Counted from the stretch's first letter, positions 38,980 through 51,694 are shown. The stretch is 64,000 bases of DNA from Octopus sinensis (GCF_006345805.1 NC_043002.1:84382001-84446000), one strand, 5' to 3'. Program-made: numbers and translations. Notes: generated by a model from the letters alone, not told the origin.

Positions 38980-39227
38980 GTGGTTGTATACTGTCAACAT
39001 AACGTGACAGTCCCGTATGGGAATTACACCACCGCTGTTTAGCCCTAGGAAGCATCGAACGCTTCCTGTCGGCTTTGACACATTTTCTGTCCCCTCCCCT
39101 TCACAAATATAAGGACACAGAAAATGTGTCAAAGCTGACAGGAAGCGTTCGATGCTTCCTAGGGCTAAACAGTGGTAGTGTAATTCCCATATGGGACTGT
39201 CACATTATGTTGACAGTATACAACCAC
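38980..39227. repeat. Long near-perfect inverted repeat (about 111-bp arms, about 26-nt loop)
   Basis: Arms 38980-39090 and 39117-39227; 5 mismatches counted. Confidence 0.95.
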
Positions 39228-41074
39228 ATTATATTATGTTTTATAATTATCTTTCATAATTATTTTCCATTCATTAACTATGTTAGCATAGGCTAAACTG
39301 GTTATCACAGTTCAAGTTAGTTCTTGCTTTTGGAGTTACTGCTCTTATAGATGGAGTACAGGACTATGGATTTGAGATGGTCATCTGATCCATCAAACAA
39401 GACAATAATTCCAAATAAGGTCTGACTTAGACCATGACAACCAGTTCAACACATGCCAGCATGAAAAGTAGAAGCAAAAATGATGATGATGAAGATTTAT
39501 TATTTTATTATTTTGTTAAGGTCATTTCTACTGAAATTTTAGCCAGCACTGATTTTTTGCTACAACATTTCGTATTGAGACATCAGATGTAAAGAAACAA
39601 TGAGATCGTTTGTTTACAGCTGATGTCTCGATACAAAAAATCAGTTCTGGCCCAAGGTGCCACACAGTGGGACTGAACCTGAGATAGTTGGGAAGCAAGC
39701 TTTTTAACCATGCAGCAATACCTCCGCCTACCTTTATAGGTTTATAATATATCAGTATTATATAATCAGTGGAAGATGTATGCAACCTGACTGATTTCTG
39801 ATTCCTTATCGGAGTATACGAACAAAGCTTCACACATATTACTTTACTAGAAATAACCTTAAGAAAATAATGTAAAGAGCACTGCTAACACAGAAGAACG
39901 TAGTAGTGGCTTATAAAAACATTTAATATACTTGATAATATATTATGGTTGCAAAACAAAATACCACACACTTACAAGCCATTACTGTTTACATACCAGC
40001 TCCAGGAATGCGTTTCATATGTAAATGGTTTATCCAATAACTTAACACAGCTGTATGCAGTGGCTATATAAGCAATGTTTTGGAGGTGAGAGTGGGTCAG
40101 ATGGGTGCTGATGAAGGAGCAAAAACCCCTAAAATATGGCATATACACTCATTACCCAATTTTGTCTTCGATCTCATTGTTTGTTTACATCTGATATCTT
40201 GATATGAAGTGTTATCACAAAAGAATCAGTGCTGGCTATAATTTCTGTAGAATAACCTCAACAAAATAATGTATTAAGCTCTGCTAATGCAGTAGGATGT
40301 GGTGTTGACTCATAAAAATATTTAATATACTTTATAGTATATTATGGTTGCATAACGAAATACCACGCACCTACAAGCCATTAATATCATTTTATATATG
40401 GAATATATAATTAACTAGATATTAAATCATAAAAATGATTTTTTAAAGAAAACAATGGAGAAGTCAGAATGATCAAATTTATACAACTATAAAAGAAAAT
40501 CTGATAGAACATCTCAGAAATTTATTTAGTTGTTAAATGAACTAATGAGGAAGCCTTTATGTGGTTGTTTGATCCACTAAAAATAGTAGCCAAATTGTTT
40601 CAAATCCCATTCTAATGTCTTAAAAGAGAAAAGGGCAAAGCAAATATTCTTAAAAAGATGGGATGGTCACATTTGTAGTGCCTCTGATCAGAGACGTGCT
40701 TGATCAGAGCTGCTTTGGGACAAAACGACAACTTGTTTACATACACTTACAATCACCATTGTATCCTGAAGATATGTTTATTTATTCTTAGTTACGACCT
40801 GATAGTTCCTTCCTGTCCGACATACCCACTATCATAAACATGCACACAAATATAACTCTCAAATATACCACGCAGAACAACATGAGTCAATTAACTCTAT
40901 GCTAATCAAGTTATACAATTTTTGTTTTGTTCTAAATTTATTTTCATTTCACAGATTAGTCTGTGAATCTAGATAACTGCACTGAATTTGGAATTTTGTT
41001 GACTAAAAGGAACCAATACATTTCTTGTGTGTGTATGTATGTGCATGTTTATGACTGGATACAACAACATTTAA

Positions 41075-41291
41075 CTCTTTAGCATTCAGGCTACTTTGTC
41101 ATATTCAATGCTTCCTTATTTATGTTTTGAATTAATTATGTATTATCTTGTAGCTTTGAGAGTTCGATGATGTGATTATTTATTTTTAGAATGACATTCT
41201 AGGATAGGTGTTAGAGGCCAGATCTGGTTAGTTTTAACATAAAACAAGTAGAACATTTAGGCTGGACATGACCAGTTTAAATGCTAAAGGG
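41075..41291. mobile_element. piggyBac-like MITE (reverse orientation)
   Basis: ttaa|ctctttagcattc...aatgctaaaggg|ttaa. Confidence 0.85.
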
Positions 41292-41589
41292 TTAAGGATT
41301 TCCATTTCATTCATTGGCTCTTGTAATAAAACACTGGCAGTTCAGAAAGTTAGGCCACACATTCAGAATGGATTGCAACAGGACAGCACAGTTAATATTA
41401 AGATGGATGTTATCTGGAAACTAAAAGCCTGGGCACTTAAAGATCATCTAGTATAGAACAGGTGAAGGAGAGCTGAGAGATATGGTTTGCACATGTGGCA
41501 AGGCATAGAGAGCTGCTAAAAGTTGACCTCAATGGTGTTGAATCAACAAAACCTTATTTCTCAGTTGGGAAGAAGAGAATTAAATAATT

Positions 41590-41975
41590 TATCATTTTTC
41601 AGTCATTGAACTGTGGCCATGCTGGGGCACCACCTTGTAGGGTATTAGTTAGATTAGACAGACCCCCCCCCCCCCAGTACATCTTTTGAAGTCTAGTACT
41701 TATTCTATTGGTCTCATTTTGCCAGACCACTTAGTTATGGGGATGTAAACAAACCAACACTGCCAAGTGGTGAAGAGGACAAACACAAGCACAAAGACAC
41801 ACACATATATGATGGGCTTTCACACAGTTTCTGTCCACCAAATTCATTCACAATGCATTGGTAAGCCCAGGGCTATAGAAGAATATACTTGCTCAATATA
41901 TCATGCAGTGGGATGGAACCCAAAACCACAAGGTTTCAAAGCAAACTTCATAACCACACAGCCATGCCTATGCTT
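41590..41975 (-). mobile_element. Family A SINE, degenerate
   Basis: cagtcattgaactgtggccatgctggggcaccaccttg...accacacagccatgcct. Confidence 0.75.
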
Positions 41976-42389
41976 ATATAAAATTAAATAACAATAGTTT
42001 CACTCATCTAAAGACCAATAATAGCTATGATACGAATAACATACCTTTAACAAGATATGTTACATTGAAGTAGACTATCAATGACCAAATTGTGAATGTA
42101 TAGTGAAAGATTTTGATACATAATATATTTAATACAATCCTTGGACTGCAACAATAATGAGGTACCACTTTCAATGGTTTTATTCAATTATATATGATTC
42201 TAGTACTTTGTCTTAGAAGACACCTGTCTAAGGTGCTGTGCAGTAAGATCAAACCTGGAACTACTTTGTTGTGAAGTGAAATTCTTAAACACACAGCCAT
42301 ATATTATTTGACAAAATAATAATGAAATAAAAGTAATTACAACATTGCATGTGTATACACATGTATATGTGTGTGTGTGTGGTTTATAA

Positions 42390-42616
42390 CCCTTTAGCAT
42401 TTAAACTGGCCATGTCCAGCTTATATATTCTATATTCTACCAGTTTTGTGTCCAAACTGGCCAAATCCAGCTCCTTATGCTTACTCTACAATATAATTCT
42501 AAAAATATACAATCACACCATCGAAATCCCAAAACTACAAGATAATGCATGATTAATTCAAAACAATGTGGATACATAAGCATTGCATTTGGCAGATTAA
42601 TCTGAACACTAAAAGG
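42390..42616. mobile_element. piggyBac-like MITE
   Basis: ccctttagcatttaaac...aacactaaaagg|ttaa. Confidence 0.82.
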
Positions 42617-42715
42617 TTAATGATGACAATGTCTTAATCATGATGTAGTCCCAAGACACAATCTGAGATGAAATTATTTAAAAAACAACTGCAACTCAGG
42701 AAAATATATATTTAC

Positions 42716-42849
42716 CTTTCTGAAAGGCCTCAGGGGTACATACATTCTTAGAGGAGGCTCCTAGAGAGGGCAGTAGTCCTACTGGAGCCACAGACTCTTC
42801 CAACCAATCCTCCACAAGACACAAATGTGGATAATGTGTTGCTAGTAAC
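42716..42849 (-). CDS. INTS2: INTS2 coding exon
   Basis: ttacag|G...AAA G|gtaaat. LLATHYPHLCLVEDWLEESVAPVGLLPSLGASSKNVCTPEAFQK. 134 nt. Confidence 0.95.
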
Positions 42850-43490
42850 CTGTAAAAGAGAGGGAAAGCTGTTTTAAAAGGACTGAAGAGATGATTCTTA
42901 TTTCTTAATATCTTTTCATAAACAGCTACATGTCTAATGCTAACCATTTTACAGAGTGTAAAAAGCATTCAGTACACTCCATAAAGTGGTTGGTGTTAGG
43001 AAGGGCATCCAACCATAGAAACTATGCCGAAAATAGATAATTTGAGCCTGGTGCAACCTTCTAGCTTGCCAGCGCCTGTCAAACCATCCAACCCATGCCA
43101 GCATGGCAGGCAGATGTTAAATAATAATGATGATGATGATGATATAAATGATATCATTGTGGTGATAATGGTAAAAGTCATTTGCCCAAGATGTCACACA
43201 GGAGCTCATGACTGGACAATTAACCTCATCATAGTGAGGTAATCATTCAGTTATGCTGGAGTCATTTCTGTAAATTGCATACATCCACATCACCACTTCC
43301 GTTGGTTTACCATGTATGAGTCAGAGGGAACAATGTTGAATTAAATCTTTCTATGGCTGGATGCTCTTCCTGTCACAAACTCTCATCTGTTTCCATCTGA
43401 ACATGCTTTGCATGGAAAAACTGTAAACATAAAACTATGTTTTGTATGAATGATGATCTTCATTATAGTCAGTGCATACAAGTTGAAAGT

Positions 43491-43738
43491 GGAGGCACGT
43501 GACTTAGTGATTAGGGTGTTAGCATCATGATCGTAAGATTGTGGTTTTGATTCCTAGACCGGGCGACGCGTTGTGTTCTTGAGCAAAACACTTCATTTCA
43601 CGTTGCTCCAGTCCACTCAGCTGGCAAAAATGAGTAACGCTGCGATGGACTGGTGTCCCGTCCAGCTGGGGAACACATACGCCATAGAAACCGGGAAACC
43701 AGGCCCATGAGCCTGGCTAGGCTTTAAAAGGGCACATT
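43491..43738 (+). mobile_element. tRNA/CORE-type SINE (family D)
   Basis: Head ggaggcacgtgacttagtgattaggg; ttgtgttcttgagcaaaacactt; gcgatggactggtgtcccgtcc. Confidence 0.78.
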
Positions 43739-44040
43739 TATTTATTTTATACATGTTGAAACAAGAACACACACAAATTTATTTATGTATATGAAAATAT
43801 ATGACAGGTTTCTTCCAGTTTCCATCTACAAAATTACTCCCAAAATATTAGTTGACCCAAGTTAAAGTAGATGACACCAATCAACAGTGTCTACACAGTG
43901 GGAATTAACCCAGAACCACAAGGTTCCAAAGCAAACATCTTAACCTTGCACCAAGCCTATATTTGCTACATTTTTTTTTAAAGATGTGGGTAAATACTAA
44001 CAAACATTTGTTTAAATGTAAGCAAAGCTGTGATACTAAC

Positions 44041-44167
44041 CTTAAAAGAGGAGAAAATAGACCAGCATAAAAGTGTTGGTTTTTCTGAGCCTCTTGAATT
44101 AGAAAATTTATGGGGATTTCTTCCATCACATATTCAGGATAAACCTTAATTTTACGGTTGCAGCTCA
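44041..44167 (-). CDS. INTS2: INTS2 coding exon
   Basis: tttcag|TG...AG|gttagt. SCNRKIKVYPEYVMEEIPINFLIQEAQKNQHFYAGLFSPLL. 127 nt. Confidence 0.95.
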
Positions 44168-45502
44168 CTGAAATTGATGATTGTAGGGAATGAAGAATAA
44201 ACAAATAATACAGATAGTAGCTGTTGTTTGGAGAATTTCATTAAATATATTTTGTTATCAACACATTTAAGAATAATAGTGTACATGAAAAATTGACAGA
44301 GTCATTAGAGCATCAGATAGAATGTTGCTTTGGATTTCTACACTCTGGTTCAAGTCCTGCCTAGATCAACTTTGCCTTTCTTTCAGTATGGATAACTAAA
44401 ATACCTGGCCAGGTCAGTGGATTGATAGAATTGTTAGAAACATTAGAAGAGATATTTTGGCAGAATCTGTTCCAGGTCTTTGAATTCTGAGTTCAGATCA
44501 TGCCTAGGGGTACAATGGCCAGAAGTAATCATGTGACTACAGGAACACCCTATCCAACCCATAATTGGCTGGCATGTACAGATACACCTACAACCCACAC
44601 AGGTATGGCATGACAAGACTTTTAACCAGTAAAGGATTGACAGAAGATGAATGGCATCATACAGAGAATTTTAGGCAAGAAGTTGACAGTTGAACGCATA
44701 TTACACATACACTGCAGTGTGTAGGGCCTTTGTGGGTCAAAACTAACCATGAGTTAGTCCTACATCCATGTAATAGAACTACTCAATACAAACAATAACA
44801 ACTTGAAATGTGAACAACATCCCATCGTGGTTCATTAGTTATTGAATCATTAATAAAGAACATCATATTCATAGAATATGCCAGGCAGCAAATTATTGGC
44901 AGAGTCCTTAGAGCACCAGACAAAATGCCTTATATATATATATATATATATATATGGAGAGAGAGAGGGGGGGGGGGTTCTAAGCTCAACCTTATTTTTC
45001 ATCCTACCAGGGTCCCATAACTGAAGTATCAGTTGAAAGCAGAGGACTGGCTGAATTGTTAGAGAGTTGGTTGAAATGTTTTGCAGTAACTGTTCTGGTT
45101 CTTTGTGTTGAGTTCAAAACCTGCTGTGGCCTATTAGGTAATAGAATTGATCTGTCATCAGGTTTAGCACCTCTTCCTGGGTATCTTTAGCAGGGTCCAC
45201 TCCATCACAAAAATTTGGTCCAGGTCTTCAGTTTGAGGATCCTTTCCTCTCTGCCTCCCATTAATCTAGTAGTCCTTGCAAAGTATCTTGTATATTGTTC
45301 TTCCCTCATCACTAAGTGATTGACCACACCCGAAATCATAGGTCCAAAGACAATATAAAGTAAACGAGATGCTTCAACCAGGTATCAAATCTACATCTCA
45401 TACTCAGTTTGCTGAGAGCTTACTACACCACAAGCTTACACAACAGATTTAAAATCAATATTTGTTTTTCAATTTGACATCATCAATAAAGTAACAACTT
45501 AC

Positions 45503-45818
45503 CAATTGATCTCATATTATTGAGCAAAGAATCTTCATAAAGTAGCATATAATATAACATTAGAAGTTGTGGCGTGAGGCAAGGTTGCTCCTCACTTGTC
45601 TTTTGATTAGGTTTAGAAGTTTCTACCATGCAGTTTGAGCGGACAGTAAACACAGATTCTTTAAAGACATCTAACACTTCTTGTTCACCAATAGGTTCAT
45701 TCTGAAAATCTGACTTATTGCCCTTTACAAGAATTGAATTCACATAAACCTCAATAAGAAGTGGCAATTTGGTATGTAAAGGTACTGAACTATTGAGCAT
45801 CTGCTTGTATATCCAGTC
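45503..45818 (-). CDS. INTS2: INTS2 coding exon
   Basis: tttcag|GAC...ATT G|gtaagt. DWIYKQMLNSSVPLHTKLPLLIEVYVNSIL...TPQLLMLYYMLLYEDSLLNNMRSI. 316 nt. Confidence 0.96.
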
Positions 45819-46437
45819 CTGAAATAGAGAGATTACAATAAATCAAATAATTATTCAAGAGAAAATAAAGAAGTCATCTCATTCATTAGCAGATTTTCCA
45901 TAGTAGATAATCCTCAATATTTCATCAAGCAATGAAATGCTACTACTTTTATTCACCATTCCAAACACATTTTTACTAAATTCTCTGTAGTCATTCCATT
46001 TCAATCAAAGCCTTCCATATCTCTCCAAAAGCAGCCTTAGAATGTCATTACTTTGGAACTATTTCCACAAGGATTTCAAACAAAATATTAACCCTTTTTA
46101 TTTGAATTTTTCTATTAAAAAAAAAAAAAAAAATCTTGTTCTTCCTTACTACAACAACTAATATATTTTCATTGTCCCAAGTAAGAGATAAATAAAACCA
46201 ATTGATTTAGATTGATTTTCTTAATCAAATACATACTTTGGTGATTAATCTTGTTGACTATATTCAATTTATAGGACTTTAATCCTACTGCTTGGCACCA
46301 TATAATGTAGAAAACATTGCCAGATCTTGTAGCTTAAATGAGTGTAAGGAGAGAAGGAAGTCCATGTCCCAGGAAGTTCAGAGCAAAAAAAAATTACATC
46401 AATAAATCAATATGAGATAGTTTTGCAAAGAACTTAC

Positions 46438-46572
46438 TTTTATAGGTACTTTATGTTTGGCAAAAGAATAGGACTTGAGTAATTGGTAAATACTATGAAC
46501 AGGTAAATAACCAGTCATATTGGCATTCAATTGTGGAGTGACTGGTACCTTGACAGCATGCATTGTAATGAC
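46438..46572 (-). CDS. INTS2: INTS2 coding exon
   Basis: tttcag|GTC...AAA|gtaagt. VITMHAVKVPVTPQLNANMTGYLPVHSIYQLLKSYSFAKHKVPIK. 135 nt. Confidence 0.96.
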
Positions 46573-47124
46573 CTGAAATAAGCAGAGAAAGAAAGTGAGA
46601 GTTGGTTACTAAAACACAATATGTAACAGTGATTACTAAATCCAAACATTATGTTATAATGCTACATACAACAATACATAGCAATAATTATTTAAAAAAT
46701 AAACTACTCCATAATAATGTTACACATCACAACACAATAACACTGACATATGCAAGCATCACAGTACATAGTGGTAATTACTAATACATATGTTATATAA
46801 AACATGATATACAACTGTAATTAGTAAATATATATATAATGTTACATAGTATTACAATGCTACATAACAACAACAACACAGACATATATTTGATTATCAC
46901 TTCAGTTCTATTCTATTATAGTTTAATCCTTTTTTTTTTATCATATTTCTAATGAAATACACTGTCTACCTGTCTTAATTAATTTTGAAAAACCTCAAGA
47001 ATTTAGTAGTATTTAGTGAAATAATTAACTTCATTATTAATATATTGGTGTCCTGAACATAATTTGATAAAAGTACCTTGAATAAAATTATTATGCAAAT
47101 TTTTTATTTAAATATGTTTTTTAA

Positions 47125-47346
47125 CCCTTTAAGATTTAAACCATCCATATCTGGTCGAAATATTTTACTTGTTTTTATGTTCATACCAGCTAGATCTATA
47201 GCCTCTCACACCTAGCTTACATTGTCATGCTAAAAATATCAATTACATCATCGAAATCTTGAAGCTACAAGGTAATGCATGATTGATTTAAAACAATGTG
47301 AATAAATAAACATTACATTTGACAGAGTAATCTGAATGCTAAAGGG
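47125..47346. mobile_element. piggyBac-like MITE
   Basis: ttaa|ccctttaagattt...aatgctaaaggg|ttac. Confidence 0.82.
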
Positions 47347-47575
47347 TTACAGCAGGTGGTTTCATATAAAAGATTCAGAAGTAGTTTTAAGTTGGTTAAT
47401 ATGAAGACACTTGTATGATGGGAACAAGATGTATAGGTATTTGTTTATTTTCTATACCATAGGCATTATCATCTGAGGGGTTACATTAACTACATTATCT
47501 TGGATTAAATATAGGATATTTCATAAAATAGAGAAATCATAAGTCTTTTAAAAATCTGACAGAAAATTCTCTTAC

Positions 47576-47644
47576 TTGTTCAGTAAAAATTTCCTGAGTA
47601 AAAATATAACGTAGTTTTGTCAGAGAATTCGATTTTACTGGACT
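47576..47644 (-). CDS. INTS2: INTS2 coding exon
   Basis: ttttag|AGT...CAA|gtaaga. SPVKSNSLTKLRYIFTQEIFTEQ. 69 nt. Confidence 0.95.
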
Positions 47645-48214
47645 CTAAAATTAGAAAGAAGAATATACATTACTTTACAATATGGACATAGAATATAATA
47701 ATAAACATTAATACATAAAAAAATGGTGGTGGTGGTGCTGGTGATAGCAGAATGGTGATGATGATGAAAATGAAGACTAGGTGGATGTTTCAAAAATTAT
47801 CCTTTCACTAGTGGCAAATGATGGCAATCAAGAAGTGTCAATTTGCAAATGGCTTCTGTTTTTCTCTTTTCAATCCATGCTTTTTGATGGATAACACAGC
47901 TAAAAATCAAGAGGTGCCAGGAGAAATTAAGGCCTAAACACAAAACACATGTGACATGTCAAAATATAGCTATGATCAACATATATACATATCAACTGTA
48001 CATCCACATATGATTAGGGGTTCTGTGATGATCACAGAAGAAAGTATAGGATCTCAATCAATATCAAGTGAGACAAGGTTGTTGAAGAGCCCAGACATAT
48101 TTAGCAGCCAAAGATGTAGAAGTGAGGCAACAAAAAAACTAAGTGGGATGTTCCATTTAATAATTTTCAAAGTAGTTTTTCCCACTAAACCCTTTAGTTT
48201 ATCGTAACGTATAT

Positions 48215-48820
48215 TTGCCATTTAAATATGGCTAACCCCTAAGGGTGGATGCTACTGTAGTTTGTAGCCCCAGGAGGACACCTTCTCCAGCTGGCTATAA
48301 ACACTTTTGTGAGGAAACATTTTCTATCTATACTTGACCAAGCTAGCTCATCTATCCATTCAGTCATCCATCCATCTCCCCACACTGTCTTTGGGAGGAT
48401 TGTAGGGATAGAGACCTCAAGCATCTTTTCCATAGGGTCCTTTCAGAAGCAATAATCATTTGACTTTCTGGCTGGATTCCCAGGTATGACCAACAGAAAC
48501 TATGGATATTATCCAGCTATCTCATTCTTGGTCAACCCCTAGATCTCCACTTGAATGTATTGGCTTGAAGAATCTGTCTTGCGATTTTTTTCCTGCAACA
48601 TTCTAATCACATGTCCATAGCACCACAGCTGTAACCTCTCAATGCAGAGAAGTATTCTTCAAACTGGAAAGACTCTCTAATCTCGGAGCAACACGTCCTG
48701 TCAAGTAACATTACTCTAGAGATTCTTCAGAGAAACTCCATTTCAGATTCCTATATTCATGATCACACTCTTTTGGTCATTATCCAAATTCATGACCATA
48801 GGTGAGGATAGGCAAGGAAA
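48215..48820 (-). mobile_element. RTE (REX3/Expander-like) LINE 3' fragment
   Basis: ILTYGHEFWIMTKRV and FL*RISRVMLLDRTCCSEIRES resemble the recalled LTYGHE.W.MT.R.RS motif. Confidence 0.7.
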
Positions 48821-49177
48821 CCAAACTTATGTAAATCAACATATAAAATTATTAGAAAATTTAAGCAAAAATCAGCCTTGAGATGAAATGTGAATTCAGA
48901 AACATGAAGAACCAAATTAAAATAATTCAAGATGTTTTAAGCCTATTATGAAAGATTCAACAAAATCCTTCTAACAGCTTAATATCTGTCAGCAAACTTT
49001 GTACTGTCTTAAATATAGACGGCACTTTGCTTCATATCCTAAATGTCAGACTAGTATGTTCCACAAAAAAAAAAAAGTGATGATTGTAGTCAGAATACTG
49101 ATCACACTGAATCAACCAGATATACTAAATACCAGCACATAACGTGGTGGACTTGTGGTTTTCTGCCAACCTCCAGC

Positions 49178-49183
49178 CTATGC

Positions 49184-49262
<79 letters not shown>

Positions 49263-49270
49263 GGAGAGAG

Positions 49271-49305
<35 letters not shown>
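49178..49305. repeat. (GA)n purine tract, about 128 bp
   Basis: Directly visible; starts about 14 nt into the intron after the donor at 49319. Confidence 0.97.
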
Positions 49306-49310
<5 letters not shown>

Positions 49311-49319
49311 CCACATTAC

Positions 49320-49431
49320 CTTCATGCCTAATGTAGCAGATACAAGATCAGCAATAGCATATGTCTGGTTACTATGGAAATGGATAGCTATCAAAAACAG
49401 GAGCTCCTCAAAAGATGTACCACCAGTTTCT
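49320..49431 (-). CDS. INTS2: INTS2 coding exon
   Basis: tctcag|A...AAG|gtaatg. ETGGTSFEELLFLIAIHFHSNQTYAIADLVSATLGMK. 112 nt. Confidence 0.95.
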
Positions 49432-50209
49432 CTGAGAAATAAAAATAAAACAAGCATGGAATAGCAGACATTAAACAATGATGATGATGAAAAAGATGGA
49501 ATAGTCACATATGGAACACCTTTGATCATAAGTCAACTGAATCAAACAACAATTTATACCAAATCTGGCAAAGTGTAACTCACTTCAGAAAGAAATTATT
49601 AAAAATACAAATTTACAAAGGACCTGTCTACTTAGCTATTTGATATCTCCTACATCAACAATGCTACATTAACTGAACTATTGTTTTTTTTTCAAATAGA
49701 TAACATCTGAGAGAAATTTATTCTCTGAATATTTTAAACTTTTCTATGTCTATAAGCGTATAATATTGTACATTTATTTAGTGATTCTCTAGTCATTATT
49801 TCAACAAGAGTGGAAGCAGAGAAGGTTTAGTGGTTAAGAAGTTCATTTCATGATTCTGGGTTCTGGGTTCAATCCCATTGCGTGACATTTTCGACAAGTG
49901 TCTTTAACATAGATTCAGTTTGATCTAAGCCTTCTTAAGCAACATTTTATACACAGAAATTCTGTAGATGACTGTCAAATGGAGTGTACATATACATTGA
50001 CAGGTCCAGCCCCATCACATATTGTAAATTGGTTTGGGAATTAATTTAAAGGTGGAATACTTTAACTCTGAGTCTGAAAAATACTCAGCCACTTACACAT
50101 TAATATAATGAATTGGACACCAGTTAATTGAACAAGTGAATACTAATCATTGAAACCGATGAAAGATCCAGTAGTTCAGTACGTATGGTGAACATTGTGC
50201 TTTGCTGAG

Positions 50210-50390
50210 GAATAATAATAATGATAATAATGAAATTATTGTATACAGTGCTCAGGTGCACCACAACTTGTCAGAAAGTGCATATAAAGCATATGCAGTA
50301 ATGTACAAATGTCTGGAAAGCGAACAGTGTATGAGTCAGATACATGCTTGTGTGTGTATGGAGGGGAGAAAATCAGGTGTAGTGTTGGCG
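50210..50390 (-). mobile_element. Short 5'-truncated CR1-like LINE 3' end
   Basis: Shares tgtatacagtgctcaggtgcaccacaac, the (ATT)n tail and the ORF-end sequence with the adjacent copy. Confidence 0.7.
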
Positions 50391-51009
50391 AATAATAATA
50401 ATAATAATAATAATAATTGTGTACAGTGCTCAGGTGCACTACAACTCATCTAAAGTGTATATATAATCAGGTGAAGTTTCGGCGGATTTCGGAAAGCATG
50501 AGGGCCTTAAAAGATGCAGTGTCATGGCAGTCAACAACTGACGCAGGCAGTTTATTCCATGCTTCAGCAACTCTGAGCGTGAAAAAATGTTTCCGAAAGT
50601 CATGGGAGCTGTATTGTTTTCTGACTTTGTAGGCATGTCCACGTGTGTTAGACACATGGAGATCAAAAAGGTGTTCAGTGTTGTTGTTGGTGAAGTGGTT
50701 GATAACTTTGTGGGTGTTTACCAAGTCCGTCGCCAAACGCTGGAGCTTCAGTGAATCCATGCCCAGGGAAACAAGGCGCTCAGAATATGGTAGGTGTCTG
50801 ATGGAGGGTATGCGTTTGGTTGCACGTCTCTGGACAGATTCCAGGAGGTCAATGTTCTGTGCAAGATAGGGGTTCCAAACTGATGATGCGAATTCCAAGT
50901 GTGGTCGTACCATAGCTGTATACAGTTTTAAATAGATGGCTGGAGAGCGGCTAACAAAAGACCTGCTGAGTGATGCCAAGACACCCTCGGCCTTCCTGAC
51001 AATCTTAGA
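50391..51009 (-). mobile_element. CR1/L2-like LINE, 5'-truncated, uninterrupted RT C-terminal ORF
   Basis: KLYTAMVRPHLEFASSVWNPY...LESVQRRATK...YSERL...NTRGH...FFTLRVAEAWNKLP; (ATT)n tail. Confidence 0.93.
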
Positions 51010-51280
51010 GATAATAAGACCAAAACATGTCTAGACTTGTCTCCCATATCTGCTGATATTATTAAAATAATACTAGTTATTGAGTAAATGCTGTCTTTTC
51101 CTTATCAGATAATTATTAATAATTTCTAATTAGATTTCAGATACTCACTACATTAAATATGTTAATACTGACTTAATTATATTTTTTTGTTGTTGCTGTT
51201 GTTTACATGAAGATTAAGTAAAGAAGAAAAGTTTCAACAAGTTTCAGTGGTACACAATAGAACTGATCTATTTTACTCAC

Positions 51281-51352
51281 TTCTCAAAGGAATCACCAAA
51301 CTTCATCAACCAACGAATCCACTCAGTTACTTGTCCTTCTTGTTCAGATGTT
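51281..51352 (-). CDS. INTS2: INTS2 coding exon
   Basis: tttcag|A...AA|gtgagt. TSEQEGQVTEWIRWLMKFGDSFE, versus human TPEQEQLMVVWLSWMIKEE. 72 nt. Confidence 0.92.
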
Positions 51353-51694
51353 CTGAAATGAGAGAAGCCACAAATTGAAAACATATTTCTTGAATTAATG
51401 ACAGTGATTTTAATCAGAATGAAGCAATTGGGTGCAGCGGTTTGGATACTAATGATTTGGCTTGGCAGACTGGATACTCAGTATGTTTTGACAACATTAC
51501 ATTTTGGCACTAGAGGCAGACACAAACACACACCCAGGCATATACACACAGAAATATAAAGAGAGAGAGAGAGAGAGAGAGACATGACACATGCATACAA
51601 ACATAACTAGATGCTTACATACAGAGAGAGAAAGAGAGAGAGAGAGATAGAACAAGAGAAACATTGAAATATTTGGTGTCAATTAGGTCACTGT

